This document shows, in pieces, positions 30,922 through 42,051 of a stretch of 64,000 bases of DNA; the first letter of the stretch is position 1, and each line of letters opens with the position of its first letter. The translations under genes were made by a program, and so were the position numbers. The notes beneath the pieces were generated by a model. That model was not told where the DNA came from. It searched no databases and saw only the letters and a program-made list of their open reading frames with translations. This DNA comes from an uncultured Holophagales bacterium (GTDB taxonomy: Bacteria; Acidobacteriota; Thermoanaerobaculia; Multivoradales; UBA5704): positions 160,001-224,000 of the forward strand of contig CAWJGT010000014.1 of the NCBI GenBank assembly GCA_963842525.1, read 5' to 3'.

Positions 30922-33401
30922 GCGGTCCTCCGGGTCACCAGGTTGATCAGCCGGCCGGGGACGAGGACGGCTTTTGCCACCTCCCGCCCGGCCATGTGCT
31001 CCCGCACCCGGGCGCTGGCCAGCGCCGCGGCGCGGATCTCCTTCTCGTCCGCCGCGGCATCGACCTCGACCCGGTCGCGCAGCTTGCCATCGACCTGCAC
31101 CACGAGCTCGATGCGGGCGCGGCGGAGCTTCCTCTCATCGTACTCCGGCCAGGTCGTGTCGAGGAGGGTCTCGACGTGGTCCCGCCGCTCCCAGAGCTCC
31201 TCGGTGATGTGGGGCGCCATGGGGTGCAGGAGCTGGAGCAGCGTGTCGTAGGTCTCCTCGCAGCAGAGCCGGGAGGCCGTCTTCTCGTCGATGGCGCGCG
31301 TCAGGGCGTTCGTGAGCTCCATCAGCGCGGCCACCGCCGCGTTCAGGTGGAAGCGCCGGATGCTGGCGGTCACCCGCTGGATCGCGGCGTGGCGCTCGCG
31401 CTCCAATTCCTGATCGGCCGGCGCGATCGGCGGCGTGTCGTGGAGGCGCTCGCCGATTCGCCAGACGCGCTGCAGGAAGCGGTGCGCGCCGGCGACCGCC
31501 TCGTCGCTCCACTCCGCCTCCTTCTCCGGCGGGCCGATGAACAGCGTGTAGACGCGTTCGGTGTCCGCCCCTACCTCCTCGATCAGGTCGTCCGGCGAGA
31601 CGGTGTTGCCGCGCGACTTCGACATCTTCTCCACGCGGCCGGACTTCTCCGAGTAGCGCGTGATCATGCCCTGGTTGAACAGGTTGCGGAACGGCTCCTC
31701 GAAGCCGGCCAGTCCGAAGTCGTGGAGCACCCGGCAGACGAAGCGGGCGTAGAGCAGGTGCAGGATGGCGTGCTCGATGCCGCCGATGTACTGGTCGACC
31801 GGGCACCAGCGGTTGGCCAGATCGGAGTCGAACATCCGGGTGCTGTCGCGCGGCGAGAGAAAACGAAAGTAGTACCAGGAGCTGTCGACGAAGGTGTCCA
31901 TGGTGTCGGTCTCGCGCCGGGATGGCTTGCCGCACTTCGGACAGGTCGTCTCGACGAAGCCCTGGCAGCTCTCCAGAGGGTTGCCGTCGCGGCCGGTGAG
32001 CTGGACGTCGTACGGCAGCTCGACCGGGAGCTGGTCGTCAGGCACCGGCACGACGCCGCACTTGGGGCAGTAAACAACCGGGATCGGCGTCCCCCAGTAG
32101 CGTTGGCGCGAGATCAGCCAGTCGCGCAGCCGATAGGTGACCTTGGAACAGCCGAACCCCTGCTCCTCCATCCAGGCGACGAAGCGCCGGATCGTCTCCG
32201 GCCCTTCGGCGAGGCCGTCGAAGGGGGGCGCGTTGCGGATCACCCCGCGGCCGAGCACCGGCTCCGTGAGGCCGGCCGGGGCCTGGTCCTCTTCAGGCCC
32301 CCCATCCGCACAATAGACGAGGCGGACCGGCAGCCCTTCCTGGCGGGCGAAGGCGAGGTCGCGGGCATCGTGGGCCGGGACCCCCATGATGGCGCCGGTG
32401 CCGTAGTCCGGCAGCACATAGTCCGCGAGCCAGACCGGGATCGTCTCCCCGGTCGCCGGGTTGACCGCCGTGCGGCCGGTGTCCCGCCCCTCTTTGACCT
32501 CCCCCTCGGCCTCCCGCTGGATGCGCGGCGTGTTGCGCACCTTCTCGATCCAGGCCTCGATCTCGGCCCTCTGAGGGTGCTTCGCGACCAGCTTGGCGAC
32601 CAGCGGGTGCTCGGGGGCCAGGGCCAGGAAGGTGGCGCCATGGATCGTGTCCGGCCGTGTGGTGAAGACGGTCAGCTTGTCCTTGAGGCCCTGGACCGGG
32701 AAGTCGACCTCGGCTCCCTCGGAGCGGCCGATCCAGTTGCGCTGCATCACCTTGACCTTCTCCGGCCAGCCGTCGAGGCCGTCCAGCCCGGCGAGCAGGC
32801 GGTCGGCGTAGCCGGTGATGCGCAGGAACCACTGCTCGAGGTCGCGCTGGACCACCGCGGTGCCGCAGCGCTCGCAGGCGCCGTCCACGACCTGCTCGTT
32901 GGCCAGCACCGTGCGGCAGCTCGGGCACCAGTTGACCGGCGCCTTCTTGCGGTAGGCCAGCCCCTTCTCCAGCATGCGCAGGAACAGCCACTGGTTCCAG
33001 CGGTAGTACTCGGGCGTGCAGGAGGCGATCTCCTTGCTCCAGTCGTAGAGGATTCCCCAGCGCCGGAACTGCCCCTTCATGACCTTGATGTTGCCGAGCG
33101 TCCAGTCCCGCGGATGCACGCCGCGCTGGATGGCGGCGTTCTCGGCGGGCAGGCCGAAGGCGTCCCAGCCCATCGGGTTGAAGGCCTTGCGGCCGTTCAT
33201 CCGGTGGAAGCGCCAGAGGGCGTCGCCCAGGATGTAGTTGCGTCCATGGCCGACGTGGAGGCGGTCGCCGGACGGATAGGGGAACATCATGAGCATGTAG
33301 TGCTTGCCCTGGGCGTGGCGGAGATCGACCTCGGCCACCCGCTGGCGCTCCCAGCGGTCCTGCCATTTGCCCTCGATGGCCTTCGGATCGTACGCGCTCA
33401 T
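30918..33401 (-). CDS. leuS: Leucine--tRNA ligase
   Basis: [45 protein letters not shown]. Confidence 0.98.
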   Translation of the reverse strand: MSAYDPKAIEGKWQDRWERQRVAEVDLRHAQGKHYMLMMFPYPSGDRLHVGHGRNYILGDALWRFHRMNGRKAFNPMGWDAFGLPAENAAIQRGVHPRDWTLGNIKVMKGQFRRWGILYDWSKEIASCTPEYYRWNQWLFLRMLEKGLAYRKKAPVNWCPSCRTVLANEQVVDGACERCGTAVVQRDLEQWFLRITGYADRLLAGLDGLDGWPEKVKVMQRNWIGRSEGAEVDFPVQGLKDKLTVFTTRPDTIHGATFLALAPEHPLVAKLVAKHPQRAEIEAWIEKVRNTPRIQREAEGEVKEGRDTGRTAVNPATGETIPVWLADYVLPDYGTGAIMGVPAHDARDLAFARQEGLPVRLVYCADGGPEEDQAPAGLTEPVLGRGVIRNAPPFDGLAEGPETIRRFVAWMEEQGFGCSKVTYRLRDWLISRQRYWGTPIPVVYCPKCGVVPVPDDQLPVELPYDVQLTGRDGNPLESCQGFVETTCPKCGKPSRRETDTMDTFVDSSWYYFRFLSPRDSTRMFDSDLANRWCPVDQYIGGIEHAILHLLYARFVCRVLHDFGLAGFEEPFRNLFNQGMITRYSEKSGRVEKMSKSRGNTVSPDDLIEEVGADTERVYTLFIGPPEKEAEWSDEAVAGAHRFLQRVWRIGERLHDTPPIAPADQELERERHAAIQRVTASIRRFHLNAAVAALMELTNALTRAIDEKTASRLCCEETYDTLLQLLHPMAPHITEELWERRDHVETLLDTTWPEYDERKLRRARIELVVQVDGKLRDRVEVDAAADEKEIRAAALASARVREHMAGREVAKAVLVPGRLINLVTRRTA

Positions 33402-33443
33402 GGATCTTCCCACTCTCTCATTCAACGGAGGGGTGCGGGCCGG

Positions 33444-33953
33444 TCAGGTCAGGCTGCCGGGAAAGGTGTGCTGCTTCAGGAGCCCGTCGAGCAGGCCGTT
33501 GACGAAGCGGCCCGACTGCTCGGAGCCGAACTTCTTCGCCAGCTCGATCGCTTCGTCCACGACGACGAGCTTCGGCGTGTCCTTCTCGTGGAGCATCTCG
33601 TACACCGCAAGGCGCAGGATATTGCGGTCCACGGGCGCCATTCGCTCCAGCCGCCAGTTGTCGGCCTGGCCGCGGATCAGGCCGTCGATCTTTTCGAGGT
33701 TGTCGACTGCGCCGCGTACGAGCTGCTGCGCGTACTGGAAGGCCTCCTCCACCCGCTTGCGGTTCCGGTCGACCTCGGCGCGCTCCTCCTGCGTCATCGG
33801 GCCCGTATGCTTCCTCTCGGGCATCTCGCGAGCGACGTACTCCGAGAGATCGAACGTATTGAAGATGTGAGGCAGCGGGCTGCCGCCCAGATCGCTCTGA
33901 TAGAGCATCTGGACCGCCATCTCCCGCGCCGTGCGCCGCTTGCCTGAGGTCAT
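33444..33953 (-). CDS. nusB: Transcription antitermination factor NusB
   Basis: RRTAREMAVQMLYQ, NWRLERM..VDRNILRLA, DEAIELAKKF, FVNGLLD. Confidence 0.96.
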   Translation of the reverse strand: MTSGKRRTAREMAVQMLYQSDLGGSPLPHIFNTFDLSEYVAREMPERKHTGPMTQEERAEVDRNRKRVEEAFQYAQQLVRGAVDNLEKIDGLIRGQADNWRLERMAPVDRNILRLAVYEMLHEKDTPKLVVVDEAIELAKKFGSEQSGRFVNGLLDGLLKQHTFPGSLT

Positions 33954-34062
33954 ACCGCGCCCTCGGAAAACATCAATCGAAAACGAGGGCCGCTCCTGGT
34001 CCAGGAACGGCCGCTGCAACGTCCGGCCGTGCCGGACCGTCAAAAACCTTCGCCTGCAAGAT

Positions 34063-34539
34063 TCAGGCGCGCAGGCGGGCGAAGAGGTCGGCCATCTCGA
34101 GCGCCGCCAGGGCCGCCTCCCACCCCTTGTTGCCGGCCTTGCCGCCGGCCCGGTCCTGCGCCTGCTCGGAAGTGTCGCAGGTGAGCACGCCGAACCCCAC
34201 CGGCAGACGGTGCCGCTCCGCCACCGCGGCGAGGCCGTGGCTGCAGGCGGAGCAGATGTAGTCGAAATGGGGCGTCTCGCCGCGGATCACCACGCCGACC
34301 GCCACCAGGGCGTCCACCCCGCCGGCAACCGCCAGCTCTGCCGCGGCCTGCGGGATCTCCCAGGCACCGGGTACCCGCACGAGGTGGATGTCCCCCGGCT
34401 CGACGCCGTGCCGCCGCAGGCAGTCCACGGCGCCGCTCACCAGCAGCTCGACGATCCGGGAGTTGAAGCGGGACGCAATGATCCCGAAGCGCCGCCCGGC
34501 GCCGCTCAGCCCCCCTTCAGTGTCCCGGATGTCGTTCAC
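34063..34539 (-). CDS. ribH: 6,7-dimethyl-8-ribityllumazine synthase
   Basis: [29 protein letters not shown]. Confidence 0.96.
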   Translation of the reverse strand: MNDIRDTEGGLSGAGRRFGIIASRFNSRIVELLVSGAVDCLRRHGVEPGDIHLVRVPGAWEIPQAAAELAVAGGVDALVAVGVVIRGETPHFDYICSACSHGLAAVAERHRLPVGFGVLTCDTSEQAQDRAGGKAGNKGWEAALAALEMADLFARLRA

Positions 34540-35270
34540 GCGAAAGCCCTGAGAGCGGCAGAGTATAGCTCGGCCATGGCGCCGCGCGCCATCTGGCGCA
34601 GGAAGAGGCCATATTCGGGCGCAAAGAAGGCTTTTATCAGGACATCCGCCAGGATGCCGCTCGCGGCCAGGGCCATCAGCTTGGTTTCGTCGCGCTCGAA
34701 CGGCCAGAGCCGGCGTACGAGCAGAGCCCGGGAGAAGACGGTCCCGAGCAGGACGAAGGCGAGGACCCGGATCACCGACCAGGGGACCCAGGCGGCGATC
34801 GAGCCGAGCAGGGCGTGGCCGCTCGCGTCGGCGTAGCTGCCGACGAAATAGCTCATGTAGCCGATCAGGAAAGCGCCCAGCACGAGGCCGAGATAGCCGC
34901 CGCTCGCCCAGGCCAGCAGGATGAAGACGCCGAGGTGGAGCAGGTGCGTCGGCAGGAATTGGCGCCAGTCGTTCTCGGAGCCGGTCCCGGTGGCGATCCA
35001 GTCGAACATCTCCCGCCGGTAGACCTCGCCATGGAGGATCCCGGTGCGGGCGGCATCCGGCAGCCAGAAGACCAGCAGGATCACACCAAGGCTGAGCAGA
35101 AAGGCCCAGAGGAGCCCGAGCTGCCAGGCGGCGAAATAGCTCCGCTCGCGCACCTTCCGCGCAAAGCTCGGGTAGAGGGTGAGCGGCGCCACGAACGGGA
35201 GCACCCAGCCGCCACCCGGCACGGCGGCGAGGAGCGGCAGGAGAGGGGTCAGGAGGATGAGATAGGTCAC
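34536..35270 (-). CDS. Integral membrane protein
   Basis: Multiple TM helices; GTG start overlaps the SDR stop. Confidence 0.75.
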   Translation of the reverse strand: MTYLILLTPLLPLLAAVPGGGWVLPFVAPLTLYPSFARKVRERSYFAAWQLGLLWAFLLSLGVILLVFWLPDAARTGILHGEVYRREMFDWIATGTGSENDWRQFLPTHLLHLGVFILLAWASGGYLGLVLGAFLIGYMSYFVGSYADASGHALLGSIAAWVPWSVIRVLAFVLLGTVFSRALLVRRLWPFERDETKLMALAASGILADVLIKAFFAPEYGLFLRQMARGAMAELYSAALRAFA

Positions 35271-35974
35271 AGCGCGCCTCCGGCCGGTCCCAGATGGATC
35301 TCCTCCACCAGGGCCGCGGGGTCGGCGTCGAGGGCGCTCTCGAGCATCCGCGCCACCTCGCGAGGGGGGATCATGCGCGAGCGGTCCCAGCCGGGCAGGC
35401 TGTCCCAGATCGGCGTGTCCGTGGCGCCCGGATAGACGGCGGTCAGCCGCACCCCGGTCCCCTGCAGCTCCTGGCGCAGCGCCGCGACCAGGCCCCGGAG
35501 CCCCCACTTGCTCGCGCAGTAGGCCGACCAGCCGGGGAAGCCCTGGCGAGCTGCCGTCGAGAGGATCGGCACAAGCCAGCCGCTCCCCCGCCGTTTCATG
35601 GCGGGCAGCAGGGCCCGGATGAGCAGGAAGGTGCCGGTGAGGTTCGTGTCGATCGTCTCCCTGAACTGGCCGGGGGTGATGTCCTCCAGCGGCGCGATCC
35701 AGGCCACGCCCGCGGCGGGCACCACGAAGGCGGCGCTCCCCCACCGCTCCTCGACGCGCCGGGTCGTCGCTTCGACGGCCTCGGCGTCGCGTACATCGCA
35801 CGGCAGGACGAGCCCGTCGCCACCGGCTGCCGCGAGGGTCTCCTCAAGGGGAGCCGCCCGCCGGCCGAAGAGGGCCAGGGGGTGCCCCCGGCGCGCCAGC
35901 ATCAGGGCGATCTCGCGTCCGATGCCGGTTCCGCCGCCGCTAACAACGGCCACGCCGTGCGGCTCAATGGTCAT
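35267..35974 (-). CDS. SDR family oxidoreductase
   Basis: SGGGTGIG and YCASK motifs. Confidence 0.93.
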   Translation of the reverse strand: MTIEPHGVAVVSGGGTGIGREIALMLARRGHPLALFGRRAAPLEETLAAAGGDGLVLPCDVRDAEAVEATTRRVEERWGSAAFVVPAAGVAWIAPLEDITPGQFRETIDTNLTGTFLLIRALLPAMKRRGSGWLVPILSTAARQGFPGWSAYCASKWGLRGLVAALRQELQGTGVRLTAVYPGATDTPIWDSLPGWDRSRMIPPREVARMLESALDADPAALVEEIHLGPAGGAL

Positions 35975-36177
35975 CGCGACCCCCGGGAGGACGAGCGGCG
36001 TTCATTCGGTGGCGAGCATATCAGGCCGGCAGGGCTCGCCAAGCGTACACTCAGGGCCGGATTTCCATATCCTTCTTCTCGAATACGTCTCAAAGACCCG
36101 CCTTCCGGCTACCTTGGTTTTAGTGGGGCCGGCACGGCCATGGAGGCCGCGGAGCCGGAAAAACCCGGAGAGGAGAA

Positions 36178-36450
36178 ATGCCAATGCACTGTTCTCGACA
36201 ACGAGCCGTCGCCGTCTTCCTCCTCGTTCTCGCCATGGCCATGCCTGTGGCGGCCCTGCCGGAGGAGGGCCTCGACCCGGACCGGTCCCCCGGACCGTTC
36301 GCGGCGCTCTGGAACCGCCTGTCCTCCCTGCTTGGGCTCTCCGAGAGCGCCGGAGCCAGGAGCCCAGGCGAAGCCGTCGACGGAATCCTGAGCCTCCTTC
36401 CGTGGGATGCCGACTCACGATCCAGCATGGACCCCAACGGCGGCAGCTAG
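36178..36450 (+). CDS. Small secreted pro-peptide-like protein ending SMDPNGGS
   Basis: GAGGAG RBS, Sec signal, low-complexity spacer, followed by a terminator. Confidence 0.75.
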   Translation: MPMHCSRQRAVAVFLLVLAMAMPVAALPEEGLDPDRSPGPFAALWNRLSSLLGLSESAGARSPGEAVDGILSLLPWDADSRSSMDPNGGS

Positions 36451-36488
36451 CCCTCGGCTCCCCCTCCCTCCTCCACGCCTTTTTCGAG

Positions 36489-36515
36489 CGCCGGTCATGT
36501 GCCGGCGTTTTTTTT
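36489..36515 (+). terminator. Rho-independent terminator
   Basis: CGCCGG-TCATGTG-CCGGCG followed by T8. Confidence 0.75.
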
Positions 36516-36571
36516 GTCCCAAAAAAGCTCTCAGCGGCAACTTACTTGTTCAGGAGGGGTGAAAAAGGGTC

Positions 36572-37930
36572 ATGGCCGACGAACGAGATCATGCCTCGCG
36601 AGAGGTGATGCAGCGGTTCTTCCGGTCGGAGCTGTCCCGCCGCGACACGCGGCAGATCGTGCGACACCTTCTGGCCCGGTGCCCGGAGTGCCTGGATACG
36701 GCTCTGGAGATCGGGAGGGCGGAGGGCTTCAGCTCCGAGGAAGGAGACTTCCACAAAAGGCTGGACCCCGACCGCTATCACGAGAGCTTTCTCCGCATGT
36801 TCCGGAGCGCCGACCAGCTCGAGGAGGAGCTGGCGCGTGAGAAGCTGCGCGGTATCGGCCTCTGGGCCTGCCTGGAGAAGCACCCACAGGAACGACGTCT
36901 CCTGATGATCCACAACGACTCCCGGATGCAGACCTGGGGGCTCTATGAACGGCTTCTCGACAAGGCTCGCGAGACGGGTTTCCGCGACCCTGCCGAAGCC
37001 GTCGATATTGCACATCTGGCCCTCGCTGTCGTGGAAGAGCTCGATCCCGCGCAGCATGGCGAGGAGCGGCTCGCCGACTTTCGGGCGGCGGCTCTGGCGG
37101 CTCTCGGAAACTCCCAGAGGCTGGCCTCCGATTTCTCGGGCGCCGAGATGTCGCTCCGCCGAGCCCAGGAGGCCCTCTCCCTGGGAACCGGAGATCCGCT
37201 GGAGAAGGCGACGTTGATCTCATACAAGGCGAGTCTGCTCAAGGATCAGGGTGAATTCGAGCAGGCGGTGCGCCTCATGGATCACGCGATCACCATCTAC
37301 CGGGAGCTGCGGGATCCTCACCTGGAGGGACGTACTCTTCTCCAGCAGGCCGCGACGATCGGCTTCGTGCAACCCGAAAGGGGCGTCGAGCTGGCGGAGA
37401 CAGGGCTCGCGCTGATCGACTCCCTGCGCGAGCCCCGCCTGGAGCTCTGTGGTCGACATGCGCTGGCACATTTCCTCAACGATGCCGGCCAGTCCCGCGA
37501 GGCCCTCATGATGCTCGAGATGTCACGCCCCATCTATGCCCAGTTCCAGGACACGTGGACCAGAACCCGCCTGCACTGGCTAGAAGGCAAGATCGCCCGC
37601 AGCTTGGGTGACCTCGCCGAGGCAGAAGAGACGCTCCAGCAGCTCTGGCTTGAGTTGCAGGAGCCGTCCTATACCCATGAGCTCACCCTGGTCTCACTCG
37701 ATCTAGCCGATGTCTACGTTGCCCGGGGCAAGCATGACGACGCTGCACACCTTATAGCCGAGTTCCTTCCTATGCTGAGGAGTTGGGGGATGCACGCCGA
37801 AGGGCTGGCGATGTGGCTCCTCCTTCAGAAGGCGGTGCAGACCCGCACGGCCCACGCCGCCACGTTCCGCAGCATGACGGAGTACATGTACCGGGCGTGG
37901 TACCGGCCGCTCCGGGACAGGATGGGGTGA
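36572..37930 (+). CDS. TPR protein with an N-terminal H-x4-CxxC zinc-finger-like motif
   Basis: RHLLARCPEC, then TPR-like helices (A.LGNS.RL.SDF..AE, L.DQGEFEQA, L..AGQ.REA). Confidence 0.85.
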   Translation: MADERDHASREVMQRFFRSELSRRDTRQIVRHLLARCPECLDTALEIGRAEGFSSEEGDFHKRLDPDRYHESFLRMFRSADQLEEELAREKLRGIGLWACLEKHPQERRLLMIHNDSRMQTWGLYERLLDKARETGFRDPAEAVDIAHLALAVVEELDPAQHGEERLADFRAAALAALGNSQRLASDFSGAEMSLRRAQEALSLGTGDPLEKATLISYKASLLKDQGEFEQAVRLMDHAITIYRELRDPHLEGRTLLQQAATIGFVQPERGVELAETGLALIDSLREPRLELCGRHALAHFLNDAGQSREALMMLEMSRPIYAQFQDTWTRTRLHWLEGKIARSLGDLAEAEETLQQLWLELQEPSYTHELTLVSLDLADVYVARGKHDDAAHLIAEFLPMLRSWGMHAEGLAMWLLLQKAVQTRTAHAATFRSMTEYMYRAWYRPLRDRMG

Positions 37931-37940
37931 TCGGCAACAG

Positions 37941-38501
37941 CTATCCTGCTCGGCGGAGGATCTCCTGCCAGATGTCCACAAGCCCGAGGCGGTCGGCCCA
38001 ATCCTCGATGTAGGACCGATCCAAGTCCTTGCCGCTGATCTTTAGAACCCCTGCGATGTCCCGTAGATGCTTGTCGGATCCCCCTTCGCGGTAGGCCTCC
38101 ATCTTCTTGAGGATCACATCCTCCGGCGAGGCGAACGAGACCTCGTAGTCCGCGGCAGGCTTCACTCTCCGCATCCGGGCGAAACGACTGCGATCGAAAG
38201 GCGTGAGTGCCGGGACGATCAGATCCACTTTCAGCCCTGAGGCGGGATGAATGACATTGAATTGGCTACGGCGCCGAACCGCTCGCTGGACCGCCTCCTC
38301 GTCCAGATAGAAATCTGGCGACGGAAAGGCTCGGCAGAGCTCCTGGATGCGATTTGGAGGAAGATCGACGACGATGTCGATATCGTTTGTCAGACGTGGC
38401 TCCCCAAAGAAAATCGTCGCGGTCGAGCCGGTCACGAAATAGGCGAGCCCGAGTTGTTCGAGCACCCCGGCCACAAACCGGAGCAGCTCAGACTGCTCCA
38501 T
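37941..38501 (-). CDS. Nucleotidyltransferase-fold protein (putative toxin)
   Basis: TGS.A...GEPRLTNDIDIVV, SPEDVILKK, KHLRDI. Confidence 0.8.
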   Translation of the reverse strand: MEQSELLRFVAGVLEQLGLAYFVTGSTATIFFGEPRLTNDIDIVVDLPPNRIQELCRAFPSPDFYLDEEAVQRAVRRRSQFNVIHPASGLKVDLIVPALTPFDRSRFARMRRVKPAADYEVSFASPEDVILKKMEAYREGGSDKHLRDIAGVLKISGKDLDRSYIEDWADRLGLVDIWQEILRRAG

Positions 38502-38700
38502 GCGAGATCCTCCGGGACACCTCTCTCTGAACCTCCTCCTCGGTCCACTCGGAGTGCTCCGTCCGCAGATGGCTGGCCATCATCCGCCGTACTGACGAGA
38601 ACATGTCGCTGGCGATCTGCAGCCGTTCGGCTCCGGTCTTCTCCCGGAGCACGCGAGCCATGTCGTCATCCATGACTTCGAAGCGAAGCTCTCTGGCCAT
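38488..38700 (-). CDS. Small helical partner (putative antitoxin)
   Basis: 70 aa, overlaps the NTase start; ERLQIA...LR.EH.EW..EEV pattern. Confidence 0.72.
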   Translation of the reverse strand: MARELRFEVMDDDMARVLREKTGAERLQIASDMFSSVRRMMASHLRTEHSEWTEEEVQREVSRRISHGAV

Positions 38701-38719
38701 TCGTGGTCTCCTGAGAAGC

Positions 38720-39721
38720 CTACAGATCCAGTTCGATCCCCCGCCCTTCCGCCCGCGCCTTGCGGAGGACGTGGCGGGCGACGGCGAGATCCTCGACGGC
38801 AATGCCGAGGGACTTGAAGAGGGTGATCTCCTCGGGTGTCCGGCGGCCGGGGATGCGGCCCAGCAGAAGGTCGCCGATCTCGCCTTGGACGTGGTCCTCC
38901 CCTACCGCCCCTTCACGGAGAGGGATGAGGAAGTCTCCAGCCTCGTTGAGGGCCGACTCGCGGCGGTCGACGTACAGGCGTGCGCGGACCACCGCCGCCG
39001 TGTCGAGCTCGCGGGCGGCCGGGGTGCAGGCTCCCACCGCGTTGACGTGCGCGCCGGGCGCGAGCCACTCTCCGGCCAGAACGGGCTCTCGGGCCGAGGT
39101 GACGGTGCAGACCAGGTCGGCCCCGGCGACCGCTTCTCGCGCCGACGCGGCCGGCTCGACGGACAGATCGTAGCGGGCGGCGGCCTCCTCGGCGAAAAGG
39201 CGGGCGTACCCGGCGTCCCGGCTCCACACGCGGACGCGGCGCAGGGAGCGCACCTCCCGCAAGGCCGCGAGATGGCTGCGGGCCTGGACGCCCGTGCCGA
39301 GGAGAGCCAGGTCGCCGGCGTCCTCCCGCGCCAGCAGGCGCGTGGCGAGAGCGCTCGCGGCGGCAGTGCGGATCGCCGTCACGGAGGCGGCGTCCAGCAG
39401 GGCGATCGGACGTCCCAGATCCGCCTCGAAGAGCAGCACCACCCCGAGGTGGGACTCCACGCCCCGGGCGTGATTGCCCGGGAAGACGGTGATCACCTTG
39501 AGCCCGAGGACTTCCTCCTTCCCCTCCCCGCCGCCGGCCGTGAGGGCGCCCGGCATCACGCCCAGGAGGCCGCGGCGGTCGGGGAGCCAGCAGGCCGAGC
39601 GCAGCGGTTGCACGGCTTCGCCGCGGGCGAGCGCCGCAAGGGCCTCGGCGACGACATCGATGCACTCTCCATAGGGGAGGAGCGCCTCGACCTCGGTGCG
39701 ATTCAGGAAGAGGAGCGACAT
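38720..39721 (-). CDS. Ornithine cyclodeaminase/mu-crystallin family
   Basis: TAIRTAAASALAT, GTGVQA, FKSLGIAVED. Confidence 0.94.
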   Translation of the reverse strand: MSLLFLNRTEVEALLPYGECIDVVAEALAALARGEAVQPLRSACWLPDRRGLLGVMPGALTAGGGEGKEEVLGLKVITVFPGNHARGVESHLGVVLLFEADLGRPIALLDAASVTAIRTAAASALATRLLAREDAGDLALLGTGVQARSHLAALREVRSLRRVRVWSRDAGYARLFAEEAAARYDLSVEPAASAREAVAGADLVCTVTSAREPVLAGEWLAPGAHVNAVGACTPAARELDTAAVVRARLYVDRRESALNEAGDFLIPLREGAVGEDHVQGEIGDLLLGRIPGRRTPEEITLFKSLGIAVEDLAVARHVLRKARAEGRGIELDL

Positions 39722-39805
39722 GGGCAGGAGAAGTATAGACGCCGGGCGGAGTAGAATCCGCACCCGAGATCGACGCCGATCCCCTTTTCTGGAGGACTAT
39801 CCGCG

Positions 39806-41413
39806 ATGGCCCGAACCGTGCCTGCTCTGCTCGCCGCTCTCCTCGTCCTGGCGCCTGCCCTGCTACCGGCCGAAGAGCCGGTCGACTGGGCGGTCGTGAG
39901 CCGCATCCGCGCCGAGGGGTTCCACCGCTCGAAGATCGTGGAGACCGCCCGCTACCTCACCGACGACATCGGGCCGCGGCTGACCGGCTCGCCGCAGATG
40001 AAGGAGGCCAACGAGTGGACGCGGACCAAGCTCGCCGAGTGGGGCCTGTCCAACGCCCGCCTGGAGAGCTACTCGTTCGGCCGGGGCTGGGAGTTCACAC
40101 GGACCGCCGTCCATCTCCTGAAGCCACAGGCCATGCCACTCCAGGCCCTGCCCAAGGGGTGGACCCCAGGTACCGAAGGGCCGGTGCGCGGGTCGGTGGT
40201 CCACATCGAGGCGCTCGACTCCGAGGAGGACTTCGCCAAGGTCAAGGGCAAGCTGGCCGGCAAAGTCGTCCTGCTCGGCAAGGAGCGCGACCTGATGGAG
40301 GAAAAGGACCCGGCGGACATCGAGCCGCGGCGCTATTCGGAAGACGACCTCCGGAAGCTGGGCCAGTACGAGATCCCCGAGGACCGGAGCGAGGACTTCA
40401 GCCAGCGGGCCGGCGTGCGTGCGAAAAAGCGGCGGGCCCTCGGGAAGTTCCTGCGCGAGGAGAAGGTCCTCGCCATCCTTGAGCCGAGCGACCGCAACTG
40501 GGGAGTCCTCCGCGTAGGACGAGGGGCCGACTTCTCCGCCGACGGGGAGCCGGGCGTGACCGCCCTGGTTCTCGCGGCCGAGCAGTTCAACCGCCTTGCG
40601 CGCCTGGCCGCCGATGAGGGCAAGGAAATCGAGCTGGAGGTCGACGTCCAGGCCCGGTTCTTCGATGACGACAAGAACGCCTACAACACCGTCGCCGAGA
40701 TCCCCGGCACGGACAAGAAGGGTGAGGTCGTGCTCCTCGGGGCGCACCTGGATTCCTGGCACACCGGCACCGGAGCCACCGACAACGCCGCCGGCTGCGC
40801 CGTCGTCATGGAGGCGGTACGTATCCTCAAGGCGATCGGGGTGAAGCCACGCCGCACCATCCGGGTCGCGCTCTGGAGCGGCGAGGAGCAGGGCCTCCTC
40901 GGATCGACCGCCTACGTCACCGAGCACTATGGCACTTGGCCTGAACCGGCGGACGAGTCCCAGAAGGACACTCCTGCTTACCGGCGCAAAAACGGGCCGT
41001 TCAAGCCCAGCCCGGACCACGCCAAGCTCGCCGCCTATTTCAACCTGGACAACGGCAGCGGCAAGATCCGCGGCATCTACGCCCAGGAAAACGGAGCCGT
41101 GGTGCCGATCTTCGAAGGCTGGCTGCGCGCCGTCCGCGATCTGGGAGCCGACACCGTGACCTTCCGCAACACCAGCGCCACCGACCATGTCCCCTTCGAC
41201 GCCGCCGGCCTGCCCGCCTTCCAGTTCATCCAGGACGAGCTCGACTACTCCTCGCACACTCACCACACCGCCCTCGACGCGTACGACCATCTGGACAAGG
41301 AAGCCCTGAAGCAGGCGGCCGTCGTGATGGCGACGTTTGCCTACCAGGCCGCCATGCGCTCCGAGCCGTTGCCGCGCAAGCCGCTTGCCATCCCTGAGGA
41401 GAAAAGACCATGA
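39806..41413 (+). CDS. M28 family peptidase (carboxypeptidase Q-like)
   Basis: IGPRLTGS, GAHLDSW, GATDN, GEEQGLLGS, HHT..D. Confidence 0.93.
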   Translation: MARTVPALLAALLVLAPALLPAEEPVDWAVVSRIRAEGFHRSKIVETARYLTDDIGPRLTGSPQMKEANEWTRTKLAEWGLSNARLESYSFGRGWEFTRTAVHLLKPQAMPLQALPKGWTPGTEGPVRGSVVHIEALDSEEDFAKVKGKLAGKVVLLGKERDLMEEKDPADIEPRRYSEDDLRKLGQYEIPEDRSEDFSQRAGVRAKKRRALGKFLREEKVLAILEPSDRNWGVLRVGRGADFSADGEPGVTALVLAAEQFNRLARLAADEGKEIELEVDVQARFFDDDKNAYNTVAEIPGTDKKGEVVLLGAHLDSWHTGTGATDNAAGCAVVMEAVRILKAIGVKPRRTIRVALWSGEEQGLLGSTAYVTEHYGTWPEPADESQKDTPAYRRKNGPFKPSPDHAKLAAYFNLDNGSGKIRGIYAQENGAVVPIFEGWLRAVRDLGADTVTFRNTSATDHVPFDAAGLPAFQFIQDELDYSSHTHHTALDAYDHLDKEALKQAAVVMATFAYQAAMRSEPLPRKPLAIPEEKRP

Positions 41414-41643
41414 TCCGCAAACAGAGGCTGGTGACCGTGCGGGTGACAACCGGGAGCGCCGAAAAGGAGCCGAGCATCACGCCCCTGACCGGCGAGCCGC
41501 TCGACGAGCTCCTCCAGGGGTGGAGGATCCTTCAGATGGAAGGGCTCGGACCCCAGGGCGGTGATGGTTACGCCGCCCTCCTCCTGCTCGAGGAGCTGCC
41601 GGCGGAAAGCCGCGGCGGCCCGCTCGGGTTCGCCGTGGAATGA
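41410..41643 (+). CDS. Hypothetical protein
   Basis: ATGA overlap with the peptidase stop; host codon usage. Confidence 0.6.
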   Translation: MIRKQRLVTVRVTTGSAEKEPSITPLTGEPLDELLQGWRILQMEGLGPQGGDGYAALLLLEELPAESRGGPLGFAVE

Positions 41644-41646
41644 GCC

Positions 41647-42051
41647 ATGGAAGAGACCGAATTCGTCGAGCGGTTCGAGAGCTGTGCTCTGCCCGCCTCG
41701 GCCTTCCACCACCGGGACCACGTCCGCCTAGCCTGGATCTACCTGAAGAGGGAGCCTCCGCTCGTGGCGCTCACCCGGTTCGCCGAGGGGCTCCAGCGTT
41801 TCGCCCGGCATCATGGAAAGCACGGCCTCTACCACGAGACCATCACCTGGGCCTTCCTCTTCCTGATCCGGGAGCGGATGGAACGGATGGAACCGGATAC
41901 CATCTGGGAGGAGTTCGAGGCGGCCAACCCTGACCTCCTCACATGGAAGCCGTCGATCCTGGCGAGCTATTACCGCGAAGAGACGCTGGGCTCGGAGCTG
42001 GCGCGGCGGGTGTTCGTGATGCCGGACCGGAGCACGGCCTGCGCCGCGTGA
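41647..42051 (+). CDS. Conserved hypothetical protein (FHHRDH...YHETIT)
   Basis: Operonic; His-rich motifs; ends FVMPDR. Confidence 0.75.
   Translation: MEETEFVERFESCALPASAFHHRDHVRLAWIYLKREPPLVALTRFAEGLQRFARHHGKHGLYHETITWAFLFLIRERMERMEPDTIWEEFEAANPDLLTWKPSILASYYREETLGSELARRVFVMPDRSTACAA

Noticed and set aside
30996-33947. 983-aa ORF and other long antisense ORFs (e.g. 13982-16204, 55805-57646)
   Set aside because: Shadow ORFs opposite real genes, typical of high-GC DNA.
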